Made by a program: the position numbers and the translations under genes
In this document: piece by piece, positions 9,230 to 17,317 of the stretch
Layout: the number at the start of each line of letters is the position of its first letter
How positions within the stretch are numbered: the stretch's first letter is position 1
IMG/VR virus record: IMGVR_UViG_2695420733_000001
Origin: a virus
Taxonomy: Duplodnaviria > Heunggongvirae > Uroviricota > Caudoviricetes
Reading direction: 5' to 3' (one strand)
Length of the DNA: 20,026 nucleotides
The notes under the pieces: model-generated
Database searches by the model: none
What the model saw: only the letters and a program-made list of their open reading frames with translations
What the model was told of the DNA's origin: nothing

Positions 9230-9385
9230 TTACTCCTCAGGTTCGTAAGCTGTGAAGACAGCGACCTCCGTCTGGCCGGTTCGGATTCGTACCTCGCAGA
9301 GGTCTTTCCTCGTTACCAGTGCCGTCACTATGACGGTTAAACAGATGACGATCAGGGCGATTAACATCGCCTTTTGCTGCTTCAT
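9230..9385 (-). CDS. hokD: Hok-family type I toxin HokD (RelF), 51 aa
   Basis: Hand translation MKQQKAMLIALIVICLTVIVTALVTRKDLCEVRIRTGQTEVAVFTAYEPEE; below the track cutoff. Confidence 0.85.
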   Translation of the reverse strand: MKQQKAMLIALIVICLTVIVTALVTRKDLCEVRIRTGQTEVAVFTAYEPEE

Positions 9386-9456
9386 AGCCTGCTTCTCCTG
9401 TCAACGCAAAGCAGAAGTGTCACCTTCGGTGCGAAACAGAGATGTCATGCTTTGGT

Positions 9457-9744
9457 TCAGAGAATGCGTTTGACCGCCTCGCTATATACTTCCGAGCGTT
9501 CTCTTTTCCCAACAGAAATCACGAAAACGACAACTTTCTCGTCTATAACCTGGTATACAAGGCGATAGCCTGAAGACCGGAGCTTAATCTTGTAACAATC
9601 AGGCATACCACGGAGCTTGTTTGCTTCAATCCGGGGTGACTCAAGTACTTCAACCAGCTTCTTTTTCAACTGTTCACGTACCGTCGAGCCCAGCTTTCGC
9701 CATTCCTTTAGTGCCCGCTCGTCAAAATCCAGAAAATACGCCAT
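9457..9744 (-). CDS. relE: Type II toxin RelE (ribosome-dependent mRNA interferase), 95 aa
   Basis: MAYFLDFDERALKEWRKLGSTVREQLKKKLVEVLESPRIEANKLRGMPDCYKIKLRSSGYRLVYQVIDEKVVVFVISVGKRERSEVYSEAVKRIL; start overlaps the relB stop. Confidence 0.9.
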   Translation of the reverse strand: MAYFLDFDERALKEWRKLGSTVREQLKKKLVEVLESPRIEANKLRGMPDCYKIKLRSSGYRLVYQVIDEKVVVFVISVGKRERSEVYSEAVKRIL

Positions 9745-9983
9745 CAGAGTTCATCCAGCGTCACACGTACTGGCTTAGGATTACGAAGCCGTTCTTTCAC
9801 TATCTCCACAAGTTCAGCATCTTCATCACTCAGGAGTGTCTGTTTGAACGGCAAGCGTTCATTGTCAGCGATATACTCGAGCATGAGACGAAGCGCTTCA
9901 GAAGGAGTTACACCCATTTTTTCAAGCGCGGCGTAAGAACGCGCTTTAAGTTCATCGTCAATACGCAGGTTAATGCTACCCAT
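9744..9983 (-). CDS. relB: Type II antitoxin RelB, 79 aa
   Basis: MGSINLRIDDELKARSYAALEKMGVTPSEALRLMLEYIADNERLPFKQTLLSDEDAELVEIVKERLRNPKPVRVTLDEL. Confidence 0.9.
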   Translation of the reverse strand: MGSINLRIDDELKARSYAALEKMGVTPSEALRLMLEYIADNERLPFKQTLLSDEDAELVEIVKERLRNPKPVRVTLDEL

Positions 9984-9993
9984 GTCTTACACC

Positions 9994-10022
9994 TCTTGTA
10001 ATTACAAATGTCATTACAAGTA
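9994..10022. promoter_or_regulatory. relO operator / relBE promoter region with TTGTAAT/ATTACAA repeats
   Basis: TTGTAATTACAA (perfect 12-bp palindrome) and TGTCATTACAAG read directly upstream of relB. Confidence 0.7.
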
Positions 10023-10313
10023 TCGCACTACAACATGCTTAGGGCAAGTCACGAAGGAAGTCAGAAAGTAGTCGTAAGAACGGTGATCACTGTCCGCTTT
10101 GTGCCAGGAGCAGCCATTGCTAAGTCCATCCTGTATTGTGCAGGTCAGCTCGTTTTTAAAGAGTCCGGCCATCATCTTACTGGTACAGACACCATATACT
10201 TTGTGACGGTCAGGCTACATATGCACAACTCAACTTATTCATCTATTTTTTGCTTTAGCATGTCAGTGTTGCTTTCTCGTCGGCGGGTGAGCGGTGACCT
10301 GACCTGTCGATAA
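10008..10313 (+). CDS. ydfV: Possible YdfV-like ORF, 101 aa; coding status doubtful
   Basis: ATG-initiated ORF whose length matches K-12 ydfV (101 aa) as recalled; overlaps the relBE operator and has odd composition. Confidence 0.3.
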   Translation: MSLQVSHYNMLRASHEGSQKVVVRTVITVRFVPGAAIAKSILYCAGQLVFKESGHHLTGTDTIYFVTVRLHMHNSTYSSIFCFSMSVLLSRRRVSGDLTCR

Positions 10314-10465
10314 AGGAACGTAACACGTTTTATGCAACACCCGCATGCGGCAGAAAATTATTGCCGAACGTTTACCCCTGTCAACAAGCTTTACTTTCTG
10401 AGGCGCGCCAGCCCGCGAGGAAAACAATCTGAACATCAAACAATTAATGACACAAGAAATACGAT

Positions 10466-10492
10466 TAAAGATTTTTTTGTGCATGCCGATAG
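10466..10492 (+). promoter_or_regulatory. Sigma-28 (FliA) class 3 flagellar promoter for flxA
   Basis: TAAA, 15-nt spacer, GCCGATAG; matches the sigma-28 consensus TAAA-N15-GCCGATAA. Confidence 0.75.
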
Positions 10493-10515
10493 TGCTTTTT
10501 TAAAAGGAGAAATCT

Positions 10516-10848
10516 ATGTCTGTCACAATTCAGGGAAATACCTCAACCGTTATTTCAAACAACTCCGCCCCGGAAGGAACATCAGAAATAGCCAAAATCA
10601 CAAGACAAATTCAGGTGCTGACTGAAAAGCTTGGGAAAATCTCATCGGAAGAGGGGATGACGACACAGCAGAAAAAAGAAATGGCTGCATTGGTACAGAA
10701 GCAAATTGAAAGCCTCTGGGCTCAACTGGAGCAGTTGTTAAGGCAGCAGGCAGAGAAAAAGAATGAAGACGCGACAGTTCAACCTGATAAAAAAGAAGAG
10801 AAAAAAGACGATACAAATACCGCTGGCACCATTGATATTTACGTCTAA
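10516..10848 (+). CDS. flxA: FliA-regulated protein FlxA, 110 aa
   Basis: Strong SD AAGGAG; MSVTIQGNTSTVISNNSAPEGTSEIAKITRQIQVLTEKLGK...; the sigma-28 promoter lies upstream. Confidence 0.85.
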   Translation: MSVTIQGNTSTVISNNSAPEGTSEIAKITRQIQVLTEKLGKISSEEGMTTQQKKEMAALVQKQIESLWAQLEQLLRQQAEKKNEDATVQPDKKEEKKDDTNTAGTIDIYV

Positions 10849-10862
10849 GTGACAGCCGTATT

Positions 10863-10886
10863 GTGGCCCTCATCGGGCCACTTTTC
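10863..10886 (+). terminator. Rho-independent terminator after flxA
   Basis: Stem GTGGCCC / GGGCCAC, loop TCATC, then TTTT. Confidence 0.7.
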
Positions 10887-10926
10887 GCCATCAGCCTTTT
10901 CTTTAAAGACATATTATCTTTGTATC

Positions 10927-10976
10927 ATTTCTGATAGTTAACATTACAAGAATTTCTGATAGTTAACATTACAAGA
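10927..10976. repeat. Perfect 25-bp tandem direct repeat (ATTTCTGATAGTTAACATTACAAGA x2)
   Basis: Two identical adjacent copies; each holds AGTTAACATTAC, whose reverse complement GTAATGTTAACT recurs at 12788-12799. Confidence 0.8.
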
Positions 10977-11309
10977 TATAAGTAATGGACGCACTCCCAA
11001 TTAGTCTATTTAAATCGCCACGAGTTTAACTGACAACCCATGATCAATTATGAATTGCAACTATTTCTGTAGTCACTTTTGTGGGGACAGTCCACAAAAC
11101 TGCCAACTTCCGCTTCTTGCTCTTAGCGGACATTAGCATAGGCTATTTACCATAACGCCTCATTACGCGCACCGCCCAGACTGACTCAGCGCGTTTCTGG
11201 CATATCCCCGGTAAAACAAGTAACAAACCACCCGAAAATGAACACCAGAAACGCGACTTAAGAATCTACCCTATGAATGGATATGCACTCAACCGAATCG
11301 ATCTTGGTT

Positions 11310-12623
11310 TCAATCTTTTTTATCGGGATCAGGCTTCTTTTTAGGTAACTTCGGGGGCTTAACTTGCTGATGACTTTGCGTTCGGCGCGTAAGCCAGGGA
11401 TGGTCAGCTTTAGGTTTAACATAGTATTTTGAGCGTAAATCAATACGGGCATTATCCACTCGTTCATGGACACTCTTTTCATCATCCAGTGGTATAGGCT
11501 CCGGGCCATCAACATACTTTTCCCAGCCCAGCGCTTTCCCGTCATACAGAACGTTAATTTCACCGTCAAAGTTCTCGCATACAGTAACAACCGAATGCCT
11601 AAGTCGATATCCCCGGCCCTCACTGCGTACCTGAAACGCACTGCTTTTGTACTGGAAAGTGAGATTTTTAGACAGAACGCGCTTCGCCTGTAGGCTGAAG
11701 ATATAACCCAGTTCCTCTTCAGAATGGTGCACATCAAGATGAGCATTATCAGTAGTACGAGGCGACGTAGCGAACCGGTTGTTATAGGCTTCAATAAAGG
11801 TCGGCAACCATGCATTTGCTGTTTCAATATCACTGATATTCTGAAGCCGCATTTCTTTGACCAGCCTGTCCTGTAGTGTCTGATTGGCGCGCTCTACCCG
11901 CCCTTTTGCCTGCGGGCTGTTGGCATGGATTGGCTCGATGCCCAGTGTCTTTATCGCACGAGTGAACTGGGTCAGCTCACCTTCCCGCTCTGGGTTATTT
12001 ACCCTGAATATACTGTGTCTATCAGAGTAGAGAGCGAGCGGTACGCCATGATCATTAAGGTAACCCCGGAGGGTTTCCATGTAAGCCCGGGTTGTTTCAG
12101 CAGGCACAAAACGCAACGCCATCAACGCACTGGTGGCATCATCAATGAAAACGATCAGTGTACATCTGGGGCCTCGATTTTCAAACCAGTCATGAGGTGA
12201 GCCATCAATCTGGATCAGTTCACCGTAAGATGGTCGTCGCATGCGGCGTTGATATATACGGGCAATTTTACGACGGCGTTCACGCCATAACCCCTCTTCT
12301 ATCATCCACTTTCTGAGAGTTTCAACGGATAAAGATAAACCGTGTATCTCGCGCAATTTTTCGCACGCAAACGTAGGTCCAAAATCAGCGTAACGGCCTT
12401 TGAGGAGTGAAATTACTGTTGCTCTGAATTCAGTAGAAAAGGAATTATTAGGACGCTTTCCACGTCGGTGGGAAACCAGACCAGAAGGCCCTTCATTTCT
12501 ATACCGTTGCACCAGACGTTTAACCTGCCGAATAGAAATGCCAATGCGTGCCGCAGCTTGTTCCTGAATAATCTGAAGTCGGTGGAGTTCCTTATGACTC
12601 ATCGTAACAGTCTCTTTGATCAT
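11310..12623 (-). CDS. DDE transposase with N-terminal HTH and integrase-core (rve-like) domain, 437 aa; IS481-like or ISNCY/IS1202-like
   Basis: N-terminal HTH-like MSHKELHRLQIIQEQAAARIGISIRQVKRLVQRY; DDE signature candidates LIQIDGS, VFIDDATS, KGRVERANQTLQDR. Family is judged from architecture, not a search. Confidence 0.75.
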   Translation of the reverse strand: MIKETVTMSHKELHRLQIIQEQAAARIGISIRQVKRLVQRYRNEGPSGLVSHRRGKRPNNSFSTEFRATVISLLKGRYADFGPTFACEKLREIHGLSLSVETLRKWMIEEGLWRERRRKIARIYQRRMRRPSYGELIQIDGSPHDWFENRGPRCTLIVFIDDATSALMALRFVPAETTRAYMETLRGYLNDHGVPLALYSDRHSIFRVNNPEREGELTQFTRAIKTLGIEPIHANSPQAKGRVERANQTLQDRLVKEMRLQNISDIETANAWLPTFIEAYNNRFATSPRTTDNAHLDVHHSEEELGYIFSLQAKRVLSKNLTFQYKSSAFQVRSEGRGYRLRHSVVTVCENFDGEINVLYDGKALGWEKYVDGPEPIPLDDEKSVHERVDNARIDLRSKYYVKPKADHPWLTRRTQSHQQVKPPKLPKKKPDPDKKD

Positions 12624-12957
12624 GAAAAATCCCCCAGAGAATTGTCTGGGGACATTTTAGAATGGTTCAAAGGGGACATTACAGCTTGGTGTTAACAATA
12701 GCCTGCTTCTCCGTGCCTTTCGGCACGTAAGAGGCTAACCTACATGTGTCTAGCATGAAATTGGCCTCAGATTAATGTTAAGCGTCTTGCAGGACGCGTA
12801 ATGTTAACTGGGGCTTTTCTCTATCTGCCGTTGGTGTCCATGCCCGAGGCAGATAGCCTCAAGCACCCGCAGTCATTCTACTTAACTAAGATTTCCCCGC
12901 AAACCGTTTTTGTCCAGCACAGTAAATATCCAACTAAACCAATGGAGTTCGCTGTAT

Positions 12958-13137
12958 TTACCGCCAGTATTCAATGCACATGACCGCCATGAACACCCCT
13001 AAAAAAAGGGCATTTATATATCCAAATATTAATATCAAAACATCAACTTTTTCCATATACCTTGCTGTGAAGATGATGGGCATACATGATGCGAACAACC
13101 AGAACGCAACAAACAAAAACTGCAATGCGTTTTTCAT
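12958..13137 (-). CDS. Small two-helix membrane protein, 59 aa (MKNALQFLFVAFWLFASCMPIIFTARYMEKVDVLILIFGYINALFLGVFMAVMCIEYWR)
   Basis: Consensus SD AGGAGG 5 nt before the ATG; two hydrophobic helices. The track's 72-aa ORF is an upstream extension. Confidence 0.5.
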   Translation of the reverse strand: MKNALQFLFVAFWLFASCMPIIFTARYMEKVDVLILIFGYINALFLGVFMAVMCIEYWR

Positions 13138-13379
13138 TATTCCTCCTACAATCAATGTGCAATTACATTTAAACACACCTCAATTTGGCCGGACATATAA
13201 ATATCTAAACCAGAAAAAATCACTTACATAGCGTTACAAACTCTTTAGTCTAAAGGTTCATCGTAAAACATTCCCCATACTTATCAGTCCGTTCCGCGCC
13301 AGGTAGCTCATTGCCTTATCTGGCAACCTGTAATCAGGTTTCCGCTTTTTCAGTTGGCTGGTCGTTTAACCGACATAGT

Positions 13380-14030
13380 TAATCCATTAATCTAGTTGCC
13401 GGATGTTGGTGGATTTTCGCGTTTTAGTTGTTCATAAAAGTGCACAGCTTTAACCAGTTCTTCTGATGTAACTGGGACTGGTGAGGCAGTGAATAAGGCC
13501 TGAATTTGATAGTTCGGCCTGTCGTTACAATCCTCTTTTTTCGGTACATATTTCCAGTCACCAGACCACTACTTCCCCTGAAAGTCCGTAACGCCTTTTT
13601 TCACGTAGCGATATCGCCATGCCACTGGTTTTGCTTGCCCCGCCGTTTCATGCCCTTCCTGATAATTAATCTCGCTCATTCATCGCCCCACTCATCACAA
13701 TATGCTTCGACCGGAGTTTTTCCCGCTTCATAGTCATCACGCTAGGATTCGACATCAGCAGCACTTCCACCGCGTAACTCACCATAGTCCATTAATAGTT
13801 CATCCCGCTCTTCAAAACTGATGTTATATTTGGCTGAACAAAAATCAGCCACTTTGTTCTTCCTCATCGTCTTTTATTTCGTGGTATGAGTAATTGCAGT
13901 AGTTAAAGAAAATTTCTTATGCTCCGTCATGAATTTCCTCAGGTGTTGCGTCATCGTCCACTTCGAATACATCCTCAAAATCTCCACCAGCTATTCCCGT
14001 TTCAATAATAATTTTGAACTTTCGCATTTC
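13380..14030 (-). pseudogene. Decayed coding region: a run of 23-41 codon minus-strand frames that look like frame-shifted pieces of former phage genes
   Basis: Adjacent short frames ending ...KHIVMSGAMNERD, MSEINYQEGHETAGQAKPVAWRYRYVKKGVTDFQGK, ...WSGDWKYVPKKEDCNDRPNYQIQALFTASPVPVTSEELVKAVHFYEQLKRENPPTSGN; no ORF of 60 aa or more on either strand. Confidence 0.35.
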
Positions 14031-14289
14031 ACTACCGCCCTTTCGGGCGGCCTCCTGATGTTCTGAGGGTGCAGAAATCCATCCGGTTAAGGATTAAATT
14101 TTATTTACAGAACTGAATTTAATTATTCAGATATACGTATCTGTAGCCTTACGAATCTACTCACTGGATGCCTCTTTCATAAAAATAATCCAGTGGGTTT
14201 TATCGTTTTTTCCCTGTTCGTTGACAGATAACAGGTTTTCTGTCTGTCAGTGCCAGAATCTGGCTTACCGGTATTTGCGTTTCATTCCA

Positions 14290-14646
14290 TTAAAAAATCA
14301 GAACGCCGTGCGGCCTCAACACCCGAAAGGCTTCTTTAAATCTCTGTCGCGAATCATCACGCCAGGCATCTTTATTCAGCCGTCCATATTTCTTTCCCAT
14401 CCAGGCGTTATCACCAACACTCTCAAGATGCGGAGGGTCTAATACAACCATCGAAAAAGATGCGTCTGCAAATGATAATGCACGAAAATCTGCGATAATG
14501 TCAGGGCTGATAATCAAGCGTCTCCCATTGCGTAATGTGTATCCTTCTTTTCTGATATCGCTGAATATCGCCCGTTCGTCAGACTTATCGAACCAGAACA
14601 TGCGGCTGCCACAGCACATATCAAGAATGGTTGCCGGTGCACTCAC
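14290..14646 (-). CDS. Short SAM-dependent methyltransferase-like ORF, 118 aa (DPPH motif), probably truncated by an in-frame stop
   Basis: Motif-I-like LDMCCGSR and motif-IV-like VVLDPPH; far shorter than normal DNA methyltransferases; frame continues 29 codons after the TAA. GTG start overlaps the upstream stop. Confidence 0.55.
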   Translation of the reverse strand: MSAPATILDMCCGSRMFWFDKSDERAIFSDIRKEGYTLRNGRRLIISPDIIADFRALSFADASFSMVVLDPPHLESVGDNAWMGKKYGRLNKDAWRDDSRQRFKEAFRVLRPHGVLIF

Positions 14647-15065
14647 TGCGCCACGTCCTGAAAATTACCCTGATAGAAAGCCAGTATGCGCTGCATAACT
14701 TCGCTCTTCCGGCACTCGCGACAGATTATGTTTAGGCGACTGTCGTAGCGACGTATTTCTCCGTCAGGTGATGACCAGATAAGGTCCGGATCAACCACAG
14801 CAGGTTTCTTCACCTTTGCCCTCGAGAGTTTTTTGCGGGCGTTTTGCCAGTCCTTACGCGCCTGTTCAGAGGGGAATAACCCGTAGCCGGAGTTGTATAC
14901 ATCGCCACTGGCTACCAGCTCTCTGGCAAGAACGCTCATCAGATATCTAGTCGCACCTGTTTTAGCTTCCAGTTGCCGTAACGTCTCACGGCCGCTCTGG
15001 CGCACGAGTTCCACCACCTGCCATTTAATTTTTTCCCGCTCTTCTTGTGTAAAAACTTTTGCCAC
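14643..15065 (-). CDS. Hypothetical protein of the replication module, 140 aa
   Basis: GTG start 5 nt after AGGGGG; between the replication initiator and the methyltransferase-like ORF in one operon. Confidence 0.6.
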   Translation of the reverse strand: MAKVFTQEEREKIKWQVVELVRQSGRETLRQLEAKTGATRYLMSVLARELVASGDVYNSGYGLFPSEQARKDWQNARKKLSRAKVKKPAVVDPDLIWSSPDGEIRRYDSRLNIICRECRKSEVMQRILAFYQGNFQDVAQ

Positions 15066-15105
15066 AAGTCCCCCTTAAAATTACCTCATGACCTGAAATC
15101 AACAC

Positions 15106-16071
15106 TTATCCTCTGAAACCAGGCGGAATTTCTGTATCCGGTTCAGAAATATGATTAACACAACGCTGTACAGGTGAACGTCCCAGGCGGATGACCAGTT
15201 CGTCCCATTTTTCGCGGAGCTTTGACGGGCTCATGATGTTTTTTACCCAGAATGGATCTCGCTGAACCCGACCAAACATTTCGCAAATTTGTCTGTGGCT
15301 TCTGCCATCCAGCATCCGCATTGTGCGCACGTCATTGGCCCAGGCAGTCCAGTTAGGCTCTTTTGGTCGCATGATCTCGCCATCATCACTGGCTGCCTGT
15401 TCGTAGAGACCCACGATCCGCCCCCAGATCCACTGCGCACACGCCAAATCCTCCCTGCTACCCCACTGGCGTTTTTTCGCACTAAACACAACCGCGTCGG
15501 AGTTCCGGGTTAAAAAATCCTGTTCAGTCGTCTGCGGGTCCGGTTGCGAAGCTTCCGGACGAAAAGTGTTTTTATTCTCTGTAGTAATCTCTGTTGTATT
15601 CTCTGTAAGATCATCAGGCCATTTTGACCCGATGACATTGGGTCGTTTTGAACCAATGGAGCGTTTCATTTTGACCTCTTCCATCGTGTCATTTTGACCT
15701 GATGGAGCGGCGCATTTTGAACCGATGGATTCGCTCAATTTGCCACCATCTAAAAGCTCGCTCCCATAGTTGATCGTGTAGAAATTGGTCATATCGCGCT
15801 TTGATTTATTGAGCTTTTCACAACGCAAAAGCCCCAGCGTTTTCAGACTTGCAAACGCGCGCTTTAACGTTGACTCTGACCAGAATGGGAACTGTTCCAG
15901 CCATTGTTCCGTTGTGTTATAAATCCAGCGAACACCATCACATTCCATGCCGGAGTTGGTATCTCTCAACCAGTAGTGCAGTTGTTGCAAAACAATGGCT
16001 TCGTTTAAGCCAATTTTCATTGCCAGCTGCGTGTTTATAACCAGTGGGCGTTCAGCAAAAAGAAGGCTCAT
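15106..16071 (-). CDS. Phage replication initiator (lambda O-like organiser) with the origin iterons inside its coding sequence; frame is open to 16125 (TTG)
   Basis: N-terminal winged-helix-like region (LNEAIVLQQLHYWLRD); central repeated peptides SIGSK/VIGSK encoded by DNA iterons; sits where lambda O sits. Start (16071, 16020 or 16125) uncertain. Confidence 0.7.
   Translation of the reverse strand: MSLLFAERPLVINTQLAMKIGLNEAIVLQQLHYWLRDTNSGMECDGVRWIYNTTEQWLEQFPFWSESTLKRAFASLKTLGLLRCEKLNKSKRDMTNFYTINYGSELLDGGKLSESIGSKCAAPSGQNDTMEEVKMKRSIGSKRPNVIGSKWPDDLTENTTEITTENKNTFRPEASQPDPQTTEQDFLTRNSDAVVFSAKKRQWGSREDLACAQWIWGRIVGLYEQAASDDGEIMRPKEPNWTAWANDVRTMRMLDGRSHRQICEMFGRVQRDPFWVKNIMSPSKLREKWDELVIRLGRSPVQRCVNHISEPDTEIPPGFRG
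15620..15750. repeat. Iteron array (about six 18-20 bp direct repeats, consensus CATTTTGAMCYGATGGAG) = putative prophage origin of replication
   Basis: Copies start near 15620, 15644, 15666, 15689, 15712 and 15736, spaced about 22-23 bp, all inside the initiator gene as in lambda ori. Confidence 0.65.
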
Positions 16072-16573
16072 AATTCCATCCAGCTTTTTGTTGGTATTGC
16101 TGTCGATACGCAAGTTTGAAAGCAATTGCTTTTTCTATAAGTTCGTCAGTTTCACGATCCACTACGGCAGGATCAGCAAAAAGCAGTCCGGACTCCACCA
16201 CATCGCCATATTCTTTGTTTAACCCGGCGATCATGCACGTGATGCTTTTTCCGTCAGTAATTTCACGATACAACCTGAAATCATTAATCCGGATAGCCTC
16301 CATAATTGCAGGCACTAGCGCCGTGAACTTTTCACGCTTATCCCTGGTGTCGATAGCCTTCCAGCGTTCAAATATCTTCACTCGATTAACGCCAAGCGCT
16401 CGCTGATCAATCGCGCCACCTTCATATGTGACACGCTGAACATCGATGTTCGGGCGCTCTTTCAAAGCCCAGAATGCTTCAGTGATTAATATCGTCGCCT
16501 GCTCCTGTGTCATTCCTGGTCGACATATCCAGGCATCCAGAGCCTCACGAGCCTGTTCAGGAGTGATTTTCAT
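16052..16573 (-). CDS. CII-position protein, 173 aa, possibly YdaT-family; K-12 ydfX may be a remnant of it
   Basis: ATG at 16573 overlapping the dicC 3' end; between the cro-like gene and the replication initiator. Family assignment is a guess from position. Confidence 0.55.
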   Translation of the reverse strand: MKITPEQAREALDAWICRPGMTQEQATILITEAFWALKERPNIDVQRVTYEGGAIDQRALGVNRVKIFERWKAIDTRDKREKFTALVPAIMEAIRINDFRLYREITDGKSITCMIAGLNKEYGDVVESGLLFADPAVVDRETDELIEKAIAFKLAYRQQYQQKAGWNYEPSFC

Positions 16574-16787
16574 TGTTCAACCGCCCCGCCCGCTTCGTCT
16601 TACGATATTCATCATAAACTTTGGGATCATACTGAAGCTCCCCGCCAGATGCCTCCTGTAGACGCATCGCGCGACCTTCGGGAACTAAATCCCCTTTCCA
16701 GCTATAAAGCGAAGCCAAACGAATACCTGCTGCTTGTGCAAGTTTTGTTTTTGAACCGAAATACAAAAGAGCGTCAGTTTTAAGCAT
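16557..16787 (-). CDS. dicC: Cro-like regulator DicC, 76 aa
   Basis: MLKTDALLYFGSKTKLAQAAGIRLASLYSWKGDLVPEGRAMRLQEASGGELQYDPKVYDEYRKTKRAGRLNNENHS; divergent from dicA. Confidence 0.85.
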   Translation of the reverse strand: MLKTDALLYFGSKTKLAQAAGIRLASLYSWKGDLVPEGRAMRLQEASGGELQYDPKVYDEYRKTKRAGRLNNENHS

Positions 16788-16801
16788 TTAAAACACCTTT
16801 A

Positions 16802-16821
16802 TTGTTAGTCATAACTAACAA
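16802..16821. promoter_or_regulatory. Operator palindrome in the dicA/dicC divergent control region
   Basis: TTGTTAGT-CATA-ACTAACAA, a 20-bp palindrome with perfect 8-bp arms, in the 83-bp gap between the divergent starts. Confidence 0.6.
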
Positions 16822-16870
16822 GATAGATGTTAACAAAAACATAGTCAATACGATTTAGCATTAGCTAACT

Positions 16871-17278
16871 ATGGAAACAAAAAATTTAACTATCGGCGAA
16901 CGCATCAGGTATCGTCGGAAAAACCTCAAACACACCCAAAGGTCTCTTGCTAAAGCCCTGAAAATCTCCCATGTGTCTGTATCACAATGGGAACGGGGTG
17001 ATAGTGAACCTACAGGGAAGAACCTTTTTGCCCTCAGCAAAGTATTGCAATGCTCACCAACATGGATTCTATTTGGCGATGAAGACAAGCAACCAACACC
17101 ACCTGTTGAGAAGCCAGTTGCCTTATCCCCCAAAGAACTAGAGCTCCTTGAGCTGTTTAATGCACTGCCAGAATCAGAACAGGATACCCAGCTCGCCGAA
17201 ATGCGAGCTCGAGTAAAAAACTTCAATAAACTCTTTGAAGAATTACTAAAAGCCCGTCAGCGGACAAATAAAAGATAA
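16871..17278 (+). CDS. dicA: HTH (XRE-family) repressor DicA, 135 aa
   Basis: METKNLTIGERIRYRRKNLKHTQRSLAKALKISHVSVSQWERGDSEPTGKNLFALSKVLQCSPTWILFGDEDKQ...; length matches DicA. Confidence 0.9.
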   Translation: METKNLTIGERIRYRRKNLKHTQRSLAKALKISHVSVSQWERGDSEPTGKNLFALSKVLQCSPTWILFGDEDKQPTPPVEKPVALSPKELELLELFNALPESEQDTQLAEMRARVKNFNKLFEELLKARQRTNKR

Positions 17279-17317
17279 CATCATCAATGAGTTATCTTTT
17301 ACCACATCAATTATGTT

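Larger units (their letters stand above)
10927..12803 (-). mobile_element. Putative insertion sequence carrying one DDE transposase; ends only approximate
   Basis: Transposase ORF flanked by a 12-bp inverted match (10936-10947 and 10961-10972 versus 12788-12799). From memory K-12 Qin has no transposase here. Confidence 0.4.

Noticed and set aside
9252-9568. Plus-strand ORFs 9252..9473 and 9374..9568
   Set aside because: Antisense to hokD and relE. Not taken as a sok-like RNA because no promoter or terminator was seen.
10008-10313. Whether ydfV is a true gene
   Set aside because: Kept as a low-confidence feature only: it overlaps the relBE operator/promoter, lacks a clear SD and has atypical composition, so annotation may simply have propagated it.
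10516-10912. Minus-strand ORF 10598..10912 (104 aa)
   Set aside because: Antisense to flxA, which has a sigma-28 promoter, a strong SD and a terminator.
11075-11100. Hairpin TTTTGTGG-GGACAGT-CCACAAAA as a terminator
   Set aside because: Perfect 8-bp stem but no U-run on either strand; more likely an internal IS structure or a binding site.
11258-11833. Minus-strand 191-aa ORF, plus 11466..11693 and 11925..12200 on the plus strand
   Set aside because: Overlap the transposase gene in other frames or antisense.
14034-14052. Hairpin CCGCCC-TTTC-GGGCGG as a terminator
   Set aside because: No U-tract follows on either strand.
15243-15513. ORFs 15243..15491 (-) and 15289..15513 (+) inside the replication initiator gene
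   Set aside because: Alternative-frame or antisense ORFs within a well-supported CDS.
15620-15750. Possible CRISPR array (short direct repeats)
   Set aside because: Repeats are about 20 bp at about 22-bp period with almost no spacers, lie inside a coding frame and are read as repeated peptides. These are replication-origin iterons.
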